Assembly: GCA_963727485.1 (NCBI GenBank)
Contig: CAVSGM010000002.1
Location: forward strand, 640,001-704,000
Source of the DNA: an uncultured delta proteobacterium
GTDB taxonomy: Bacteria; Myxococcota; Myxococcia; SLRQ01
DNA: 64,000 bases
Direction: 5' to 3'
In this document: positions 1 through 11,157 of the stretch, one piece after another
How the letters are laid out: each line of letters begins with the position of its first letter
Position numbering within the stretch: position 1 is the first letter of the stretch
Made by a program: the position numbers and the translations under genes
The notes under the pieces: generated by a model
What the model was told of the DNA's origin: nothing
What the model saw: only the letters and a program-made list of their open reading frames with translations
Databases searched by the model: none

Positions 1-513
1 CGGGCGGTGCTCTGGGTGGCCCTGGCCATCTGGGGCGTGCGGCTCATGGCCGTGCCCGTCGCCGGCGGCGCCATCGGCCGCTCGTGGATGCACCTGGTGA
101 ACCTGCCCTTCCACGAGGCGGGCCACCTGATCTTCCTGCCCTTCGGCCACTTCCTGCACGTCCTCGGCGGCTCCTTGGGGCAGCTGCTGATGCCGCTGAT
201 CGTGATTGTCGCCTTCCTCCGGCGGGGGAACCGCTTCGGGGCCACGGTGGGCCTGTGGTGGCTCGCCGAGAGCCTCATGGACCTGGCGCCCTACATCGAC
301 GACGCGCGGGTCCAGCGGCTGGTGCTCCTCGGCGGGGTCACCGGGCAGCAGGTGCCCCACTACCACGACTGGAACGAGATCCTCGGCCTCCTCCACTGGA
401 TGCGCTACGACCACCTCCTGGCCCACCTCGCCGAAGGGACGGGCATGGTGCTGATGCTCGCGGCGCTGGCCTGGGGCGCGGCGCTGCTGTGGCGGATGCG
501 ACGGGTGGTGTAG
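1..513 (+). CDS. Membrane protein with HExxH motif (peptidase M50B-like), probably 5'-truncated by the window edge
   Basis: Frame is open from base 1. Hydrophobic segments, NLPFHEAGH motif and HDW motif. Stop TAG at 511-513. Confidence 0.65.
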   Translation, partial: RAVLWVALAIWGVRLMAVPVAGGAIGRSWMHLVNLPFHEAGHLIFLPFGHFLHVLGGSLGQLLMPLIVIVAFLRRGNRFGATVGLWWLAESLMDLAPYIDDARVQRLVLLGGVTGQQVPHYHDWNEILGLLHWMRYDHLLAHLAEGTGMVLMLAALAWGAALLWRMRRVV

Positions 514-545
514 GCTCCGCGCCCCACCCCCACCAGGAGGCGACC

Positions 546-1439
546 ATGGTCTCGGAGATCTTCGACCCCGCCCGCTGGGCGCCCGTCCCCGGCTTCGACC
601 TCACCGACATCACCTACCATCGCGCCGTCGACGCCGGGGTGGTCCGGGTCGCCTTCAACCGCCCCGAGGTCAGAAACGCCTTCCGGCCCCACACCGTCGA
701 CGAGCTCTACCGGGTCCTCGACCACGCCCGGCAGACCCCCGACGTGGGCGTGGTGATCCTCACCGGCAACGGGCCCTCGCCCAAGGACGGCGGCTGGGCC
801 TTCTGCTCCGGGGGCGACCAGCGCATCCGCGGCAAGGACGGCTACAAGTACGAGGGCGCCGAGGGCGGCGCCGACCCCGCCCGCCTCGGGCGCCTGCACA
901 TCCTCGAGGTCCAGCGCCTCATCCGTTTCATGCCCAAGGTGGTCATGGCGGTGGTCCCCGGGTGGGCGGTCGGCGGGGGCCACAGCCTCCACGTGGTCTG
1001 CGACCTGACCCTGGCGAGCCGGGAGCACGCGGTGTTCAAGCAGACCGACGCCGACGTGGCGAGCTTCGACGCCGGCTACGGCTCGGCGTACCTGGCGCGG
1101 ATGGTGGGCCAGAAGCGCGCCCGGGAGATCTTCTTCCTCGGGCGCAACTACTCGGCGGACGAGGCGGCGGCCATGGGCATGGTCAACGCCTCGGTGCCCC
1201 ACGCCGAGCTCGAGGCCACCGCCCTCGAGTGGGCCAGGGAGATCCTGGGCAAGAGCCCCACGGCCATCCGGATGCTCAAGTTCGCCATGAACCTGGTGGA
1301 CGACGGGCTGGTGGGCCAGCAGCTCTTCGCCGGGGAGGCGACGCGGCTCGCCTACGGCACCGAGGAGGCCGCCGAGGGCCGGGACGCGTTCCTGGAGAAG
1401 CGGCCCCAGGACTTCCAGAAGTTCCCCTGGCACTACTGA
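546..1439 (+). CDS. menB: 1,4-dihydroxy-2-naphthoyl-CoA synthase
   Basis: AGGAGG RBS before ATG 546. MenB motifs RPEVRNAFRP, FCSGGDQ, GGGHSLH, SFDAGYGS, EGRDAFLEKR. Confidence 0.95.
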   Translation: MVSEIFDPARWAPVPGFDLTDITYHRAVDAGVVRVAFNRPEVRNAFRPHTVDELYRVLDHARQTPDVGVVILTGNGPSPKDGGWAFCSGGDQRIRGKDGYKYEGAEGGADPARLGRLHILEVQRLIRFMPKVVMAVVPGWAVGGGHSLHVVCDLTLASREHAVFKQTDADVASFDAGYGSAYLARMVGQKRAREIFFLGRNYSADEAAAMGMVNASVPHAELEATALEWAREILGKSPTAIRMLKFAMNLVDDGLVGQQLFAGEATRLAYGTEEAAEGRDAFLEKRPQDFQKFPWHY

Positions 1440-1825
1440 CCGGGCGGGCTGCCCCGGTAGACCACCACCCGGTAGCCCTCGGGATCCTCGAAGGTGCGCC
1501 CGTGGGCATCCCAGTAGGGGTTCCGGGAGGCCACCGGTCGGAAGCCCGCGCCCTCGAGGGCCGCGCACCGCGCCGCGTACGCCCCGGGGTCGGGGAGGTA
1601 GAGCACCAGGAGGTCCTCGTCGGTGGGGGTCGGGCGCACCGGGTGGGCGGCGTCGCGGGTGAGCTCGAGGTGCCAGGCCCCGCCGGGGAGGCCGACCATG
1701 GCGCCGTCGAACCCCTCGTGGTCCTGGAACCGGCCGAGGATCTCGAGGCCGAGGCCGGCGCGGTAGCGCTCGGCGGCGGCGGCGACGTCGGCGGTGGGGC
1801 GGGCGATGCGGATGCGCGGGAGCAT
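1433..1825 (-). CDS. VOC/glyoxalase family protein (YycE-like)
   Basis: RIARPT...F.DH.GFDG..G, EDLLVLY and NPYW...G.TFEDPEGYRVV signature. Confidence 0.85.
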   Translation of the reverse strand: MLPRIRIARPTADVAAAAERYRAGLGLEILGRFQDHEGFDGAMVGLPGGAWHLELTRDAAHPVRPTPTDEDLLVLYLPDPGAYAARCAALEGAGFRPVASRNPYWDAHGRTFEDPEGYRVVVYRGSPPGQ

Positions 1826-1866
1826 CCCGTCAGGGTGGTCCGGCCGGGGCCGGCGGCAAGCGCGGC

Positions 1867-3675
1867 GTGGTAACCTGGAGGCCGCCCCTGCGTCAGGCCC
1901 TGCGAGTGACCGTGTCCGCGCCGCCCCCCGACGAAGCCCTGCTCCGAGAGCTGTCCGCCGGAGGTGTCCTCTCCGTGGCGGGCCGGGACCGGGTGGAGAC
2001 GGCCTGGAAGGCCCGGGGCGGCCTGGTCACCGACGCCCTCCTGGAGCTGGGGGTGTGCACCGAGACCCAGTTCCTCCGCTACTTCGCGGTGAAGTACGCC
2101 ACTCGGTTCATCAGCGCCTCGCGCCTCGCCCCCACCCGGGTCCCCGACGACGTCCGCGACCGGGTGCCGGTGCGCCTCGCCGAGAGCCAGGGCGTGGTGC
2201 CCCTCTTCTACGATCCGCGCCAGGACACCCTGAGCGTCGCCGCCGCCGTGCCCCTGGCCCCGGCCCGGCTCACCGCGGTGCGCCGGGCCGCCGGGGTCGA
2301 GCACCTGGAGTTCTTCGTGGTCACCTGGGCCGCCGTGCGCGCGGCGATCCGCAAGCACTACTACTCCGACCCCGACGCCTTCGCCGACATCGGCCCCGGG
2401 GGCTTCGGCCCCCCGCCGCTGCCTCCCGCCGAGCCCGCCCCCGAGCGCCCCACCGAGAAGACCCGGGTCCTCTACGCCTCGGACCTCGACATGCTCCTGG
2501 CGCTGCGCCAGGAGAACGCCCGGTTCCGCATCGCCCAGGCCTTCCACCAGCGGGTGCGCACCGACGACGACCTCAAGCGCCAGCTCGACCACATCCTCGA
2601 GGTGGTCACCGACCTCTTCGCCTCGGACACGGCGATCATCCGCCTCGAGAGCGGCGAGCTGGCGGCGAGGAGCCGGCTGCCCAACCCCGACGTCCACATC
2701 CCCAGCTCGCTGGTGGCCCGGGCCCTGAAGACCCCCGAGGGGCTCCTGCGCACCGGCATCCCCGCCGTCCCCGCCGGCGACACCTCCAAGAGCGTGGTGG
2801 CCCGGGGGGTGAAGAGCGCCCTGGTCATGCCCCTGCGCAGCGCCGACGCCACCCTCGGGGTCCTCTACCTCGAGTCCCTCTCGTCCCCGGACGCCTTCGA
2901 CGAGAACGATCGCGCCCTCCTCGAGGCGGTGAGCGCCCAGGCGGCGACGGTGATCCACAACGCCCAGCTCCTCCACCAGGCGCGCCGGGACGCCCAGGCC
3001 CGGACCAACCTCTCGCGCTTCCTTCCGCCCGAGTTGGTGGAGCAGGCGGTGGCCGGGAGCCTGGACCTGCGCCTCGAGGGGCAGAGCGCGGTGGTCACCG
3101 TGCTCTACGCCGACATCCGCGGGTTCACCGCCGCCACCGAGGCGGTGGGCGCCGGGGAGGTGGTGCGCCTGCTCGGCCGCTTCTACGACGAGATGACCCA
3201 GGCGGTCTTCGCCACCGGGGGCATGGTCGACAAGTTCATGGGCGACGGGGTGATGGCGGTGTGGGGCGCGCCGCTGTCCCGGGAGGACCACGCGGTGAGG
3301 GCCCTCGACACCGCCGCGGACATGGTGCGCCGGGCGCGCGGGATCGCGCTCGGCGGGCGCCCGCTCCCGGTGGCGGTGGGCGTGGCCACCGGCGAGGGGA
3401 TCATGGGCGCCATCGGCTCGGCGCGGCGGATGGACTACACGGTCATCGGGCCGGCGGTGAACATCGCCTCGCGGCTCTGCGACGCGGCCGCCGGCGGAGA
3501 GGTCTGGCTCACCGAGGAGACCCGCCGGGCCGCCGGCCTCGCCGACCAGGCCACCGTGGACCTGGGGCCAAAGCGCCTCAAGGGGCTCGCCGGGCCCCTC
3601 ACGGTCCACCGCCTCGGGTCGCCAGCGCGCCCCGGGGACAACTCCCCAGTGTCTCCCCCAATCCTGGGCGCGTAG
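1867..3675 (+). CDS. Class III adenylate cyclase with N-terminal GspE-N/MshEN-like domain and GAF domain (start uncertain, possibly about 1912)
   Basis: Cyclase motifs ADIRGFT, DKFMGDG, DYTVIG, VNIASRL. GAF-like KSALVMPL...LGVLYLE...F...D..LLEAVSAQAA. N-terminus resembles the GspE/PilB N-domain. Confidence 0.85.
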   Translation: MVTWRPPLRQALRVTVSAPPPDEALLRELSAGGVLSVAGRDRVETAWKARGGLVTDALLELGVCTETQFLRYFAVKYATRFISASRLAPTRVPDDVRDRVPVRLAESQGVVPLFYDPRQDTLSVAAAVPLAPARLTAVRRAAGVEHLEFFVVTWAAVRAAIRKHYYSDPDAFADIGPGGFGPPPLPPAEPAPERPTEKTRVLYASDLDMLLALRQENARFRIAQAFHQRVRTDDDLKRQLDHILEVVTDLFASDTAIIRLESGELAARSRLPNPDVHIPSSLVARALKTPEGLLRTGIPAVPAGDTSKSVVARGVKSALVMPLRSADATLGVLYLESLSSPDAFDENDRALLEAVSAQAATVIHNAQLLHQARRDAQARTNLSRFLPPELVEQAVAGSLDLRLEGQSAVVTVLYADIRGFTAATEAVGAGEVVRLLGRFYDEMTQAVFATGGMVDKFMGDGVMAVWGAPLSREDHAVRALDTAADMVRRARGIALGGRPLPVAVGVATGEGIMGAIGSARRMDYTVIGPAVNIASRLCDAAAGGEVWLTEETRRAAGLADQATVDLGPKRLKGLAGPLTVHRLGSPARPGDNSPVSPPILGA

Positions 3676-3763
3676 AATCCCACTTGGGTTCGGCGCGGTC
3701 GTGACGGGGGAACCTGGCGTCCTGGGGGGGACGCGCGACGACGCGCCGGGCCCGTTTTGCGTC

Positions 3764-6700
3764 CTACTGCTCGGGCCCCACGTCCTGGTCCGGCTCCGGG
3801 GTCTCGTAGCCGCGTACCCGGATGAGGTCGAGGCCCCCGCGCACCTGGGCCGGGGCGAAGCCGAACTGGCCGGGGCCCAGGTGGGTGCTGTCGGTGGCGC
3901 TCAACGCCGGCGGAATCCGTCAGCGGGCTGTTCCACCAGAAGGCCTGCTGGTCACCCCACACGGCGTAGCGGCACACCTGGGTGCCGAACGGCCAGTAGT
4001 AGTCGGTGGCGGGGCTGTAGACGGTGTTGCTGCGCTCGCCGTTCTGCCAGCTGTCCACGGTGATCCCCGGGGACACGTAGCTGCCGTGGGAGAAGTCCAG
4101 GTAGTAGTGGGTGCCGTTGCTGACCAGCTGCGCCCGCTGGACCAGGGCCACGGTGGCGTTGGTCTGGTAGTTGAGGTCGGCGTCGAACTGCACCTCGACC
4201 AGGGCGTCGGCCACCGGCGGCGCCTTGGGGTAGACGTCGGACTGGACGTTGTCCCCGGTGTCGAAGGTGAGGCGCTGGCCGGCGGCGTCATAGCCCGGGG
4301 CGAGGTACTGGTTCACCGCCCCGTGGATGTCCACGTACTTCTGCTGGGTGTAGCTGGCCCGGGTGTCGGCGCTGAAGTCGTCGTACCAGAGGTAGACCCT
4401 GGTCGGGTCCGCCGGGGGTGCGGTGGCCGCCGCGTCGTCGTAGTAGAGGAAGTACTCGGGGTCGCCGGCGATGCCGCCCACGTCCTTCTGGCTGGCAAAG
4501 GCCACCAGGGCCGTGGAGGTGTTCCAGGTGGCGGCGGCCGCCGGGACCTGGTGGGGGCCGTCGTCGACCCGGTCGAGCTCGACGTTGGTGCCGGCGTCGC
4601 AGTAGACGACCCGGACGTCGTCGCCGCTGGCCAGGGCCTTGCCGGCGGCGACCAGGGCCGCGTGGTCGACGGGGAGGGTGACGGTGTAGCCGGCGGTGAG
4701 GGTCCGGGTGCTGCGGTTGGCGACGGTGAAGCGCACCCGGTGCTGGTAGGCGCTGTCCCACCACCCGCAGGCGCTCGGGCCGGCGCAGTCCAGATCCTGG
4801 GTGTCGATGAAGCTGTCGCAGTCGTTGTCCTTGCCGTCGCTGCAGGTCGGCGCGCCGTAGGGGCCCTCGGCGGCGCCGGGGTGGACGGTGGGGTCGGTGT
4901 CGTCGCAGTCGGTGTGGTCGGTGACGTCGGTGGGGCTGACCCGGGCGCAGGCGGCGCCGGTGGCGGTCATGTCCCCGTAGCCGTCGCCGTCGGCGTCGGG
5001 GTACCAGGTGACGCCGGGGTGCTCGGCGGGGTCGGCGTCGTTGCAGTCGGTGTCCACCGCCGAGGTCGGCGCCGAGCCGTCGGAGCAGTCGAGGTTGGTG
5101 TCGTCGACCACCACGGTGGAGCCGTAGCCGTCGCCATCCTGGTCCTGGTAGCAGGCGTCGACGCCGTTGCAGTCCTGGTCGATGCCGTCGGCGACCACCT
5201 CGGTGGCGCCGGGGTGGACGGTGGGGTCGGCGTCGTTGCAGTCGGTGGCGTCGGCGACGTAGCCGGCCGGGGCGGTGCAGCCACCCCAGATCCACTGGGT
5301 GGGGTCGCCATGGCCGTCGGCGTCGGCGTCGCGGTACCAGCGCTGGGTGGCCCCGTCGTCGACGGTGCCATTGCAGTCGTCGTCCTTCCCGTCGCAGGTC
5401 TCGGCGGTGGGGCCGGTGTAGCCCTGGCAGGCGCCCCAGAGGCCGCCGGTGCAGGTCTGGGTCCCCGGCTGGCAGACGCCCACGCTCGAGCCACAGGCCT
5501 TTGTGGCGCCGTCGGTGCAGCCGCAGCCCTCGTCCACGGTGCCGTCGCAGTTGTCGTCGACGCCGTTGCACACCTCCGCGGTGGGCCCGGTGCCGCCGTT
5601 GCAGGCGCTCCACTGGCCCCCGGCGCAGGCCTGGGTGCCGGGCTGGCAGGCGCCCACCCCCGAGCCGCAGCTCCGGGTGGTGCCGTCGACGCAGTTGCAC
5701 CCCGGGTCGACGACGCCGTCGCAGTTGTCGTCGATGCCGTTGCACACCTCGGTGGCCCCCGGGTGCACGCTGGCGTTGCCGTCGTTGCAGTCGTCGCCGA
5801 GGGACACGTAGCCCGTCGGCGCCCCGCAGGCCTGCACCGAGGTGGCCGGATCGCCGTGGCCGTCCCCGTCGGTGTCGGCGTACCAGGTGGTGTCGAGGCG
5901 GTCGTCGACCACGCCGTTGCAGTCGTCGTCCTTCCCGTCGCAGACCTCCGGCGTGGGGGGCACGTCCCCCTGGCACACCGACCAGAACCCGGCGTCGCAG
6001 CTCTGGGTGCCCGTCTGGCACACGCCCACGTCGGTGCCGCAGACCTGGGTGGCCGGCGCGGTGCAGGCGCAGCCCTCGTCGACGCTGCCGTTGCAGTCGT
6101 CGTCCTTCCCGTCACAGACCTCGGGCGTGGGCAGAGTGGCGCCGGTGCAGTCGCCCCAGGCGCCGGTGGTGCAGCTCTGGGTGCCCGGGACGCAGGCGCC
6201 GATGCTCGAGCCGCAGCTGCGGCTGTCGCCGGCGGTGCAGCTGCAGCCCTCGTCCACGCCGCCGTTGCAGTCGTCGTCGCGGCCGTCGCAGACCTCGGTG
6301 GCCCCCGGGTGGATCGCCGGGTTCGAGTCGTCGCAGTCGTCGCCGGCGGCGACGTAGCCCGCCGGGGCGACGCAGGCGAGGACCATCTTCCGCGGGTCGC
6401 CGTGGCCGTCGCCGTCGCCGTCGGCGTACCACCGGGTCGCGTTCGCCGGGTCGCAGGCGACCCCGCCGTCGCCGAGGCCGTGCCGCCGTCGCCGACCGTG
6501 CCGCCATCGCCGACCGTGCCGCCGTCGCAGACCGTGCCGCCGTCGGAGACCGTGCCGCCGTCGGCGACCGTGCCGCCGTCGCAGACCGTGCCGCCGTCGC
6601 AGACCGTCCCGCCGTCGGAGACCGTCCCGCCGTCGCCGAGACCGTGCCGCCGTCGCCGACGACCTGCCCCGCGTCGCCGCCAGCCCCCCCAGTGCCGCCA

Positions 6701-6816
6701 TCGGCCCGGCGTCCGGCGGTGGTCCCGCAGTCGCAGGCCCCGCCGAAGATCACCGCTCCCAGCAGGGCGGCGACACCGACGCCCTGCGCGAATACCGACC
6801 GTGCCCGGGGTTGCAT
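3764..6816 (-). CDS. Large secreted Cys/Asp-rich repeat (MopE-like putative metal-binding motif) lipoprotein with C-terminal DUF2341-like domain; three apparent frameshifts
   Basis: Signal/lipobox-like N-terminus from ATG 6816 (..GAVIFGGAC). Many E.CDG.DDDCNG.VDEG and WY.D.DGDG.GD units, then WWDSAYQHRVRFTV. The frame is restored by indels near 6638, 6477 and 3914, giving stop TAG at 3764-3766. Confidence 0.75.
6478..6654 (-). repeat. About 10 copies of an 18-bp tandem repeat encoding DGGTV(S/C/A/G)
   Basis: Unit GACGGCGG(C/G)ACGGTC(T/G)(C/G)C is repeated head to tail on the minus strand. Confidence 0.9.
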
Positions 6817-6898
6817 TGCCCCACCCTACCAGCGCACCAAAGCGCTGTCAGGCGCATGGGCAACGGGTCAAACGCGACCCGGGCCAGGGGGCACGTCG

Positions 6899-7327
6899 TC
6901 AGTTGCAGCTCGGCGAGGCCCCGACCCGGCGCACGCCGTAGTGGTCGCTGAGCCGGTAGTTGAACCACTGCATCCGCCCGGCGCCCCAGTGGTCGGCGCG
7001 GTAGACGGTCTTGGAGCGGCCATTCTGGAGGACGAGGTTGCGGCCCTCGAGGTGCCAGCGGAAGCCGTGGTGGCCACCGGGGAGCGGCAGGGGCCCCTTG
7101 GGCGTCTGGCTGTAGACGCCGGTGCCGTCGGCCTTGAACTGCCAGGTGATGCGCATGTCGCGCATGGGCTTGCCGTCGATGTCCACGTGCTCCCAGGTCC
7201 CGAGGAGATCGCAGCGGAGCTGGCCGGCCTGGGTCTGGTCGAGGGGCGCGGGCGCCACCGGGGTGGCGTGGGCGCAGCCGGCGAGGACGAGGATGGCGGG
7301 CAGGGCGAAGACGAGACGGCGGGACAT
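6899..7327 (-). CDS. Small lipoprotein, lipocalin-like beta-barrel
   Basis: GGAGG RBS. Lipobox LVLAGC. LLGTW...WQFKADGTG...W.LEG..L.L pattern. Confidence 0.7.
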   Translation of the reverse strand: MSRRLVFALPAILVLAGCAHATPVAPAPLDQTQAGQLRCDLLGTWEHVDIDGKPMRDMRITWQFKADGTGVYSQTPKGPLPLPGGHHGFRWHLEGRNLVLQNGRSKTVYRADHWGAGRMQWFNYRLSDHYGVRRVGASPSCN

Positions 7328-7443
7328 GAGCGGGCCTCCGGGCAGCGGATGGGGCAGGATTGGTACAGGGTCCGACCCTAGCAGCCCCATCGGGCCCTGT
7401 CCCGAACGGCCCGGCCCGGGGACGCGCCCAGGCGCGCGTCGCG

Positions 7444-10353
7444 CTAGTCGAGGAGCGCCAGGAGGTCGGCCCGGGTGAGCCCCGCGGCGGCCTCCGCCTC
7501 GCCGAGGGCCGCCTCGGCGATCTCCCGCTTCTGCGCCTGGAGGGCGAGGATCCGCTCGTCCACCGTGTCCTCGGCGACGAGGCGGTGGACCAGCACCGGC
7601 CGGTCCTGGCCGATGCGGTGGGCCCGGTCCGCCGCCTGGTCCTCCACCGCCGGGTTCCACCAGGGGTCGAGGAGGAAGACGTGGTCGGCGGCGGTGAGGT
7701 TGAGGCCCGTGCCCCCGGCCTTGAGGGACACCAGCATCACCGGCGGCCCGTCGTCGGCCTGGAACGACGCCACCACCCCACCCCGGTCCCGGGTGCTGCC
7801 GTCGAGGCGGGTGAAGGCGATGCCCCGGGACTCGAGCTCGGGCTCCACCAGGTCGAGCAGCGAGGTCCACTGGGAGAACACCAGGGCCTTGTGGTCCTCC
7901 TCCAGGGCCTCCTCGAGGGTCTCCATGAGGAGGGCCACCTTGGCGCTCTCGCCCCCGTCCTGCCCGGGGACCAGCGCCGGGTGGCAGGCGGCCTGGCGCA
8001 GGCGCAAGAGCGCCTCGAGGGCCTTCATCACCGAGCCCCCGGCGTCGAGGCGCGCGACGATCTCCTCGCGGGTGGCCGCCCGCACCGCGTCGTAGACCTT
8101 GCGCTCGGCGTCGCCGAGGGTGCAGCGCAGCACCACGTCGGTCCGCGGCGGGAGCTCCTTGGCCACCTCGGACTTGAGGCGCCGGAGGACGAAGGGCCGG
8201 ATCCGCGCCCGGAGCCGCGCGGCCACCCCGGGCTCGCCGGCGGCGATGGGCCGGGCGTAGCGCCGGTCGAAGTCGCTGCGCCCGCCGAGGAGCCCGGCGG
8301 CCGCGAAGTGCAGCTGGCTCCACAGCTCCTCGAGGCGGTTCTCGACCGGGGTGCCGGTCAGCGCCAGGCGGAAGTCCCCGGGGAGATCGAAGGCCGCCCG
8401 GGCCACCTGGCTGTCGGGGTTCTTGATGGTCTGGGCCTCGTCGAGGACCACCGACTCCCAGGGGACCGCGCCCAGGACCTCGGCGTCGAGGCGAAGCAGC
8501 GCGTAGCTGGTGACGGTGAGGTCGGCCTCGGGATCGAGGGCGCGCCTTGGGCCGTGGTAGACGTTCACCTTCAGCGACGGCCGGAACCGCGCCGCCTCGT
8601 CGGCCCAGTTCACCAGGACGCTGGTGGGCGCCACCACCAGGGTCCGGCCGCGGATGACGCACAGCGCCTGGAGGGTCTTGCCGAGGCCCATGTCGTCGGC
8701 GAGGAGCCCCCCGAGGCCCGCGTGCCGGAGGAAGGACATCCACCGGACGCCCTGGTGCTGGTAGTCGCGCAGGGTCGCCTTGAGGTCCGCCGGGAGGATC
8801 GCCTCGGGGAGCCCGCCGTCGCCGAGGAGCGCCGCCAGCTCGCGCAGGGCCGGGGGCTGGGGCTGCTCCAACGCCTCGCAGAGGCGCCCGAGGTCCGGGA
8901 GCGCCGCCTTGGGCAGGGCCTCGCGCCCCTCCCGGGCGGCGAGGAGGTCGGCGACCTGGGGCCCGAACTCGGCGAGCCAGTCGTCGGGCAGGGGCGCCAG
9001 GCCGCCCCCCGGGAGTGCCACATGGCGCTCGCCAGCCTGCCAGGTGGCAACCACGGTGGCGCCGTCCACCGTGCCCTTCCCCGGCGACTCGAAGGAGAGC
9101 GAGAAGTCGTCCTCACCCACCTCGAAGTGGGGCACCAGCGCCGGGGCGGCGTAGAAGTCCCGGTGGGCCTTCCCCTCGACCCCTGCGGCGTCGAAGTCCT
9201 CGAGACGCTCGGCGAGCTCGAGGGCCTCCTCGCCGGCGAAGCGCACCTTGCGCCCCACCTCCAGGCCCAGTCCGTCGGCGAGCTGACGGGCCAGGCGCCG
9301 CTCGCCCGCCTCGTCCCGGGCCGGGAGCGCGTCCTTGGAGAGGGCCACCAGGCGCCCGGCGTCCACCCGCGCCACCGGCGGGTCACCGTAGACGAGCAGC
9401 GGCAGCACCGTCAGCTCGCTCCCGTCGCGGCCGGTCTGGAGCACCAGGCGCACCGGGGCCGCCGACCGGCCGGGGAGCCGCCGGGTGCGCACGTCCACGG
9501 GGATGCGGGCCTCGAGGTCCGGGAGCACCTCGCTCACCAGCTCGGGCACCGCCTCGGGACCGAAGATCCGCCCCTGGCGCAGGCTCCGGAGCTCCTCGGC
9601 GGTGAGGTCCGGGTCGCCCACGGCCTTGAGGGTGTCGCCGCAGCGCACCACCCCGCCGGGGAAGACCTCCTCGATGCCCGGATCCTGGATCACCTGGAGC
9701 GAGAAGCCGCCCCCGTGGTCCTTCACCACCGCCACCACCCCGGCCCGCTCGGTGGAGCAGCGCACCGGGGCGTCGTCGAGGCGCACCTCGCCGACCAGCG
9801 AGAGGGCGTCGAGGAGCCGGGCCAGGGCGTGGCGGGGGAGCCACCCGGAGAGCTGGGTCCCCAGCGCCCGCTCCACCTCCCGGTCCGCCGCCGACACCTC
9901 CAGGGGCGGACCGTCCATGCGCACCCGACCCGCGACGAGCGCCGCCAGGGCGTAGGGGATGGGGGCCTCGGCGCCGCCCTCGGTCACCGCCACCCGCTCG
10001 AACTTCAGCCCCTGCGGGGTCCGGGTGAAGCGGTAGCCCACCGTCGCCTTCGCCGGCGCCGTCCCCGCCGGGAGGGGCTGGCCGGTCTGCTCGGCCTGGC
10101 GCCAGGCGATGATCCCGGCGGTGACGTGCTCGCAGGGATCCTCGTCGCTCCCGCAGTCGCAGCCCCAGTCCAGGGCCTCGGGATCGAGCTCCACGGTCCG
10201 GGGCGCCGACGGCGGCGGCGGGGCCACCACCAGCACCAGCGACGCCCCCTCCTGCCCCTGGCGCGACACGGTCCCCCGGCGGTTGAGCTCCACCCCCCGG
10301 GACCAGGCCCGGGGGCTCGCCGCCTCGCGGATCTCTTGAAACAGGGCATCCAT
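7444..10353 (-). CDS. SNF2-family helicase/ATPase with N-terminal SWIM zinc finger
   Basis: CDC...PCEH (SWIM). [58 protein letters not shown]. Confidence 0.93.
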   Translation of the reverse strand: MDALFQEIREAASPRAWSRGVELNRRGTVSRQGQEGASLVLVVAPPPPSAPRTVELDPEALDWGCDCGSDEDPCEHVTAGIIAWRQAEQTGQPLPAGTAPAKATVGYRFTRTPQGLKFERVAVTEGGAEAPIPYALAALVAGRVRMDGPPLEVSAADREVERALGTQLSGWLPRHALARLLDALSLVGEVRLDDAPVRCSTERAGVVAVVKDHGGGFSLQVIQDPGIEEVFPGGVVRCGDTLKAVGDPDLTAEELRSLRQGRIFGPEAVPELVSEVLPDLEARIPVDVRTRRLPGRSAAPVRLVLQTGRDGSELTVLPLLVYGDPPVARVDAGRLVALSKDALPARDEAGERRLARQLADGLGLEVGRKVRFAGEEALELAERLEDFDAAGVEGKAHRDFYAAPALVPHFEVGEDDFSLSFESPGKGTVDGATVVATWQAGERHVALPGGGLAPLPDDWLAEFGPQVADLLAAREGREALPKAALPDLGRLCEALEQPQPPALRELAALLGDGGLPEAILPADLKATLRDYQHQGVRWMSFLRHAGLGGLLADDMGLGKTLQALCVIRGRTLVVAPTSVLVNWADEAARFRPSLKVNVYHGPRRALDPEADLTVTSYALLRLDAEVLGAVPWESVVLDEAQTIKNPDSQVARAAFDLPGDFRLALTGTPVENRLEELWSQLHFAAAGLLGGRSDFDRRYARPIAAGEPGVAARLRARIRPFVLRRLKSEVAKELPPRTDVVLRCTLGDAERKVYDAVRAATREEIVARLDAGGSVMKALEALLRLRQAACHPALVPGQDGGESAKVALLMETLEEALEEDHKALVFSQWTSLLDLVEPELESRGIAFTRLDGSTRDRGGVVASFQADDGPPVMLVSLKAGGTGLNLTAADHVFLLDPWWNPAVEDQAADRAHRIGQDRPVLVHRLVAEDTVDERILALQAQKREIAEAALGEAEAAAGLTRADLLALLD

Positions 10354-10438
10354 CGGGGGTTGTCTACCACCAGCGCGCGCCGGCATCCCAGGCCCGGGAG
10401 GACAACCGGCCGCCCCGAATCCTTCCCCGGAGGCCTCC

Positions 10439-11092
10439 ATGGCCACGCCCCCCGTCGTCCCTCTCGACTTTGAGCGCCTTCCCGAGGCCGAGATGCGCGC
10501 CCGGTCCACCGAGCTCCTCGAGGCGCTGCGCCGCCGCCGATCGGTCCGCGCCTTCTCCCCGGATCCGGTGCCCCTCGAGGTGGTCCGCGCCTGCATCGAG
10601 GCCGCGGCCCAGGCCCCGAGCGGGGCCAACAAGCAGCCCTGGACCTTCGTCCTGGTCACCGACCCCGAGGTCAAGCGCCGCATCCGCGAGGCCGCCGAGG
10701 CGGAGGAAGAGGCCTTCTACGCCGGGCGGGCCGGGGACCGGTGGCTCGCCGACCTCGCCCACCTGGGCACCGGCCCCGAGAAGCCGTATCTCGAGACCGC
10801 CCCGGCGCTCATCGTCGCCTTCGCCCAGCGCCACGGCGAGGACGATGCCCGCCACTACTACGTCCAGGAGTCGGTGGGCCTCGCCTGCGGGATGCTCATC
10901 GCCGCCCTCCACCTGTCGGGGCTGGCGACCCTCACCCACACCCCGAGCCCCATGGGGTTCCTGGCGAAGATCCTCGAGCGCCCGGCGAACGAGCGCCCCT
11001 ACCTGCTCCTCCCGGTGGGCTACCCGGCGGCGGGTTGCGTGGTCCCGGCCATCGATCGCAAGCCCCTTGGCGAGGTGCTGGTGGAGGTCTAG
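10439..11092 (+). CDS. Nitroreductase-superfamily protein, iodotyrosine deiodinase (IYD)-like
   Basis: [19 protein letters not shown]...FY..R...RW..DL..L.T...[16 protein letters not shown]...LL.PVGYP. Confidence 0.85.
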   Translation: MATPPVVPLDFERLPEAEMRARSTELLEALRRRRSVRAFSPDPVPLEVVRACIEAAAQAPSGANKQPWTFVLVTDPEVKRRIREAAEAEEEAFYAGRAGDRWLADLAHLGTGPEKPYLETAPALIVAFAQRHGEDDARHYYVQESVGLACGMLIAALHLSGLATLTHTPSPMGFLAKILERPANERPYLLLPVGYPAAGCVVPAIDRKPLGEVLVEV

Positions 11093-11157
11093 CCCCGGCG
11101 AGGGGGGCCTTGCGACGGTGGCCCTCCCGACCCACCGTGGCCACCGGAGGGATCCCC

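Noticed and set aside
6478..6654. Short regular repeats resembling a CRISPR array, and an Arg/His-rich RRRHG peptide in the ORF track
   Set aside because: The repeats are head to tail with no unique spacers and no cas genes. RRRHG is the wrong-frame reading of DGGTVx.
7444..10353. SNF2 helicase as part of an anti-phage system (DISARM/Zorya-like)
   Set aside because: It is a stand-alone SWIM-SNF2 with no methylase, nuclease or other defence gene beside it.
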